Below, piece after piece: positions 60,283 through 64,000 of a stretch of DNA of 64,000 nucleotides. The position numbers and the translations under genes are program-made. The notes below the pieces were generated by a model, which saw nothing but the letters and a program-made list of their open reading frames with translations, was not told the DNA's origin and searched no databases. Every line of letters starts with the position of its first letter. The first letter of the stretch is position 1. This DNA comes from Takakia lepidozioides (lineage: Eukaryota; Plantae; Bryophyta), in NCBI GenBank assembly GCA_030704615.1, contig CM060732.1, positions 80,724,001 through 80,788,000 on the forward strand, read 5' to 3'.

Positions 60283-63200
60283 GAGTCTTGGGAACTGGGC
60301 TGGAGTACTAGAACTGGAAACAAAAGTAGCTTGAACTGGTGTTGGCGAGACTGAAGAGTGTCCAGTCTCGCCTCCTATATGTACTGGCTACCAGGAGGTT
60401 CCCTAAGAGGCTTCCCCAAATGAGGTTTCTTGATGGAGAAGTTTCCAAGGTTAAACAAAGGTTTCTTGATGGAGAAGTTTTCTTAAACAAAGGAGGTATC
60501 TTGATGGAGAAGTTTCCTCCAAAAGAAGCTTCCTGAGCAGTTTCCTAAGTTACTCTCGTTAATTTGATAAACTCTCGGTAACTTGGTAACTAATGATAAC
60601 TTATGGTAAATCATAGTGGATCATGATAAATCACGATAACTTTCAGTAACTTGGTAACTTTTGGTATTTATTCCTGGTAAGATCTTATGGGCTATGTCCG
60701 TGACATCACCCTCTCCTCTAGTGCGTTCCTCGAGGACCGGTAAAATCTTGGACTTGCTGAGAGTTGGAGAAAATCCAAAATTCGGCGAATGATACTTGCC
60801 AAGTATTCGGCTCTTCGTTCTTGACTCAAATGATTTATAGGTCCCTGCAACCATCGATAGTGTCCAATACCTTAAACTTTGGACCACGCAGTGATTTGAG
60901 CATTCTTATTTTTCAAAGCTGCCTTCAAACACGATTTCGTTGCACTCTGGGTCTGAAGCCTCAACCTCCAATAGGATTATCAGACTTCGAATAGGCTCCA
61001 CTTGCCGTCGTACGGGGTCTAGACGAGGAAGTACGCGTCGCATTGGTGGCCTATCGTCTCGAGAACATCGGCGTGATGTTGAAGGTCGTGAGAGTCAGAA
61101 CGGCTGATCTGGTAGTTGGGTAAGCGACAGCTCCAATGTATCTGGTTCCTGTGACTCCATGCTGCCAATACAAGATGCAAGAGTACTGGAAGTGTAGCTA
61201 TATATACTGATGTGTGGTGCTCCTCCGTCCTTAGCGCGTATCAGGTATACTGAATGTGGAGTCTTCACCTTGAAGCTAACTTGGCTGACATCATCGTTGT
61301 GACGTCTTATTGACGTGTAACTCGAGGTTTAGCTGGATATCGTTGATAAAACTCTTGTACTTTGTCAGATGCATTGACGAGGTTGGATGAAGGTTCCCAT
61401 GTTCGTTTGCTGATGTCGTAGCCTTTCCAATGTACGAAATACTCAAGACGTTTATACTTGATGCGGGAGTCTAGGACTTCGTCGACTTCATACTCGATTT
61501 CCTGATTGACTTTGATTGGTGGAGGTGGTATGGAAACTCTCCCTGGAATATTTGATGGATGATACAACTCTAATATGAAACATGAAAGACTGGATGGATG
61601 CGCATACTTCGTGAGAGTTCAAACCGAAAACTGATCGGATTTATTTGTCGAATAATTTTGAATGGTCATAGGCATTGATAATCCAATTTCATTGATGGTC
61701 GCGAGGTTTGTATGTCCCGTCGAAGAATCCACACACGATCTCCGACCTTGAACTGGGGTTGGAGTTGACGATGTTGATCTGCATACTCTTTATATTGTTT
61801 TTGAGTTTCTGCGAGGTGGAATGTAAGCTCCTTGTGAATTGTAGCATGATGAATAGCAAAGGTTTTCTGCAGCAGGGCTTCCAACAGTCTTCATGTGGAA
61901 AATGTTTGTTCGAGGATGATGACCATAATTAGAGAAAAATAGAGTTTGCTTGGTCGAACAATGTATAGTGTTGTTGTAGGCAAATTCAGCTAATGGTAGA
62001 AGGTCCGTCCAATTATCTTGGTGATAATTTATCGTATAACAAAGATATTGCTCCAAAATCTAGTTTCCGCGTTCGGTTTGACCATTAGTCTGTAGATGAT
62101 TAGTTGTAGAGAGATTGATCTTAGTATCTAATATGTGAAATAATCCCCTCCAGAAATTTGATATGAAATGTGGTCCTCGATCAGATACGATGTCATTCGG
62201 GAGTCCATGAATGCGGTAGATATTATTGAGGAAGAGTCTTGCAGTTTCCTCGCCTGTAACCGTCTTATTATATTGAATGAAATGTGTCATCTTCGTAAAA
62301 CGATCCACAATAACAAGGATTAAGTCGGTGGTTTTGAAAATTGGAAGGTCCGTAGTAAAATCCATAGACAATGACGACCATGGACCCTTGGGAATGGGTA
62401 ATGGTTGAAGAAGGCCGTAAGGTCGATGTCGTGGTTCCTTCGCCCTAGCATACGTGTCACAAAATTTTACAAATTCTTTCACGAGTTTCCACACCTTCGG
62501 CCACCAATAGTCCCTGGATATCAATTCCATTGTTTTGTTGAAGCCGAAATGTCCTACCGCCGGAAGATCATGACATGTTTGAAGAATTCGAAGTCGTGTA
62601 GGTCCTGGAGATACATAGAGAAGTCCCTTGAAATAAAGTAAGTCATCTTTGAATTCGAAGTCGTTTGTAATATGTGGGTTGTCTCGAGGTCGATTTAGTT
62701 CACTTCTTAGTGCCGTGGCAAGTTGGTCGCTCTTCAGTGCTTCCTGAATCTCTTTTATGATCTCTGCATCGTCCTAGGTGGACATGGATAATATATTCAA
62801 TTAGAGATTTGCTGGTTTCAAGATGATGGATTTCTGTTGGTCAAAAGTTGTGTCCCCTTCTTTTGACGCAAGATACGATCATCGAGAAAAAGCATCTGGT
62901 TTTCCGAGACGGTAGATAATAACAAAATCAAACCTTGCTAGTGACATACTCCATCGCTTGACGTCGATTCAAAACACGAACACTCATAAAATACTCGAGG
63001 TTTTTGTGATCGGTGTAGACAGTGACCTGATGTTTAGCTCCCTCCAATAGATGACGACACTCCTCAAAAGCATCGATAATCGCTAGAAGTTCTTTGTCAT
63101 GGATTTCATAATTGATCTCCGCAGCGGAAAATTTGCGAGAACGAAAACCAACAGGGTAAAGTCTGCCCGTACCGTATTGAGATTGTACCGCGCTAAGTGC

Positions 63201-64000
63201 AAAGTCCGATGCATCTGCTTCCAAAAAGAATGGTTTAGATGGGTCTGCATGTACCAGTATTGGAGCCGTTGTAAATACCTGCTTCATTCTTTCAAATGCT
63301 TGGTCAGCTTTCTCATCCCATACAAATTTGTCATTCCCTGTAAGTCGTGTCAATGGTGTAGTAATTTTGGAGTAGTTCTTGATGACGATTCTATGGAAAT
63401 TTGCAAATCCTAGAAAACATTGTACATTTCGGACTGAAGTTGGTTTAATCCACTCGATGATGGTTTGTATTTTCTTCTGATCCATAAAAAAATCCTTTAT
63501 TGGAATTAATGTAGCCCAAAAATTCGACTTCAGATTGGTGGAAAAGACATTTTTCCAACTTGACATATAGTCTTTTTTTCCCTCAATTTATCAAGGACAA
63601 GGCGTATATGACGACCATGTTCTTCTTCATTATGTGAAAATATCAAAATGTCGTCTAAATAGATGATTACAAAGTCATCTAAAAATTCTCGAAAGATGTC
63701 ATTCATCATGTGTTGAAAAATTGCTGGGGCATTTGTAAGACCGAAAGGCATAACACCGTATTCGAAATGTCCGTACTTTGTGCGAAAAACAGTCTTCCAT
63801 CCTTCTTTTATTCGTACAAGGTTGTAAGCTCATATCAAGTCGATCTTTGTGAAAAAATTTGCTCGTCCAAGTTGTTCGAGGAGTCCGGAAATCAGCGGTA
63901 GTGGGTAACGATTTTTGATAGTGACTTTGTTGAGCCCACGATAGTCCACACACATGCGTAATGATCCGTCTTTCTTCTTCATAAATAAGATAGGTACTCC
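60283..64000 (-). mobile_element. Degenerate chromovirus (Tcn1-like) Ty3/Gypsy: RT-RH-INT-chromodomain, PPT and 3' LTR; runs off the window end
   Basis: [60 protein letters not shown] and EYEVDEVLDSR...HWKGY...WEP. PPT AGAGGAGAGGGTGA (60719-60706) is followed by TGTCACGG at 60705. The left LTR boundary is uncertain. Confidence 0.92.

Overview
This is repeat-dense eukaryotic DNA, most likely from a seed-free land plant, judged from PLS-type PPR fragments, OSB-type PDF motifs, Tcn1/Galadriel-like chromoviruses and GT-AG introns. There is a 500-N gap at 629-1128 and no intact host gene. The window is a stack of nested mobile elements: a full-length non-chromovirus Ty3/Gypsy element (9708-22803, TSD GTATA) with a truncated sister copy, two chromovirus remnants, a 14-kb CACTA element (35045-49051, TSD TGC) nested inside an outer CACTA-bounded segment, LINE fragments and a MITE. 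The most notable finding is a unit of about 7 kb (7180-27430 once the Gypsy is removed) carrying a spliced gene. That gene has an N-terminal ParB/Srx-like motif (VWDGNRRMLA) and a C-terminal beta-class N6A/N4C DNA-methyltransferase-like domain. About 20 copies of a palindrome, ATTTCGGCGCCGAAAT, flank the gene and sit in its introns, spaced about 64 bp apart. This resembles a ParB/parS-like plus methylase module in a plant genome; this copy looks disrupted. Also notable are scrambled PDF (OSB ssDNA-binding)-PPR chimeric arrays inside CACTA-bounded segments and an FCP1/HAD-phosphatase-like domain inside the CACTA accessory gene. All domain assignments were made by eye from motifs and need HMM or structure confirmation.
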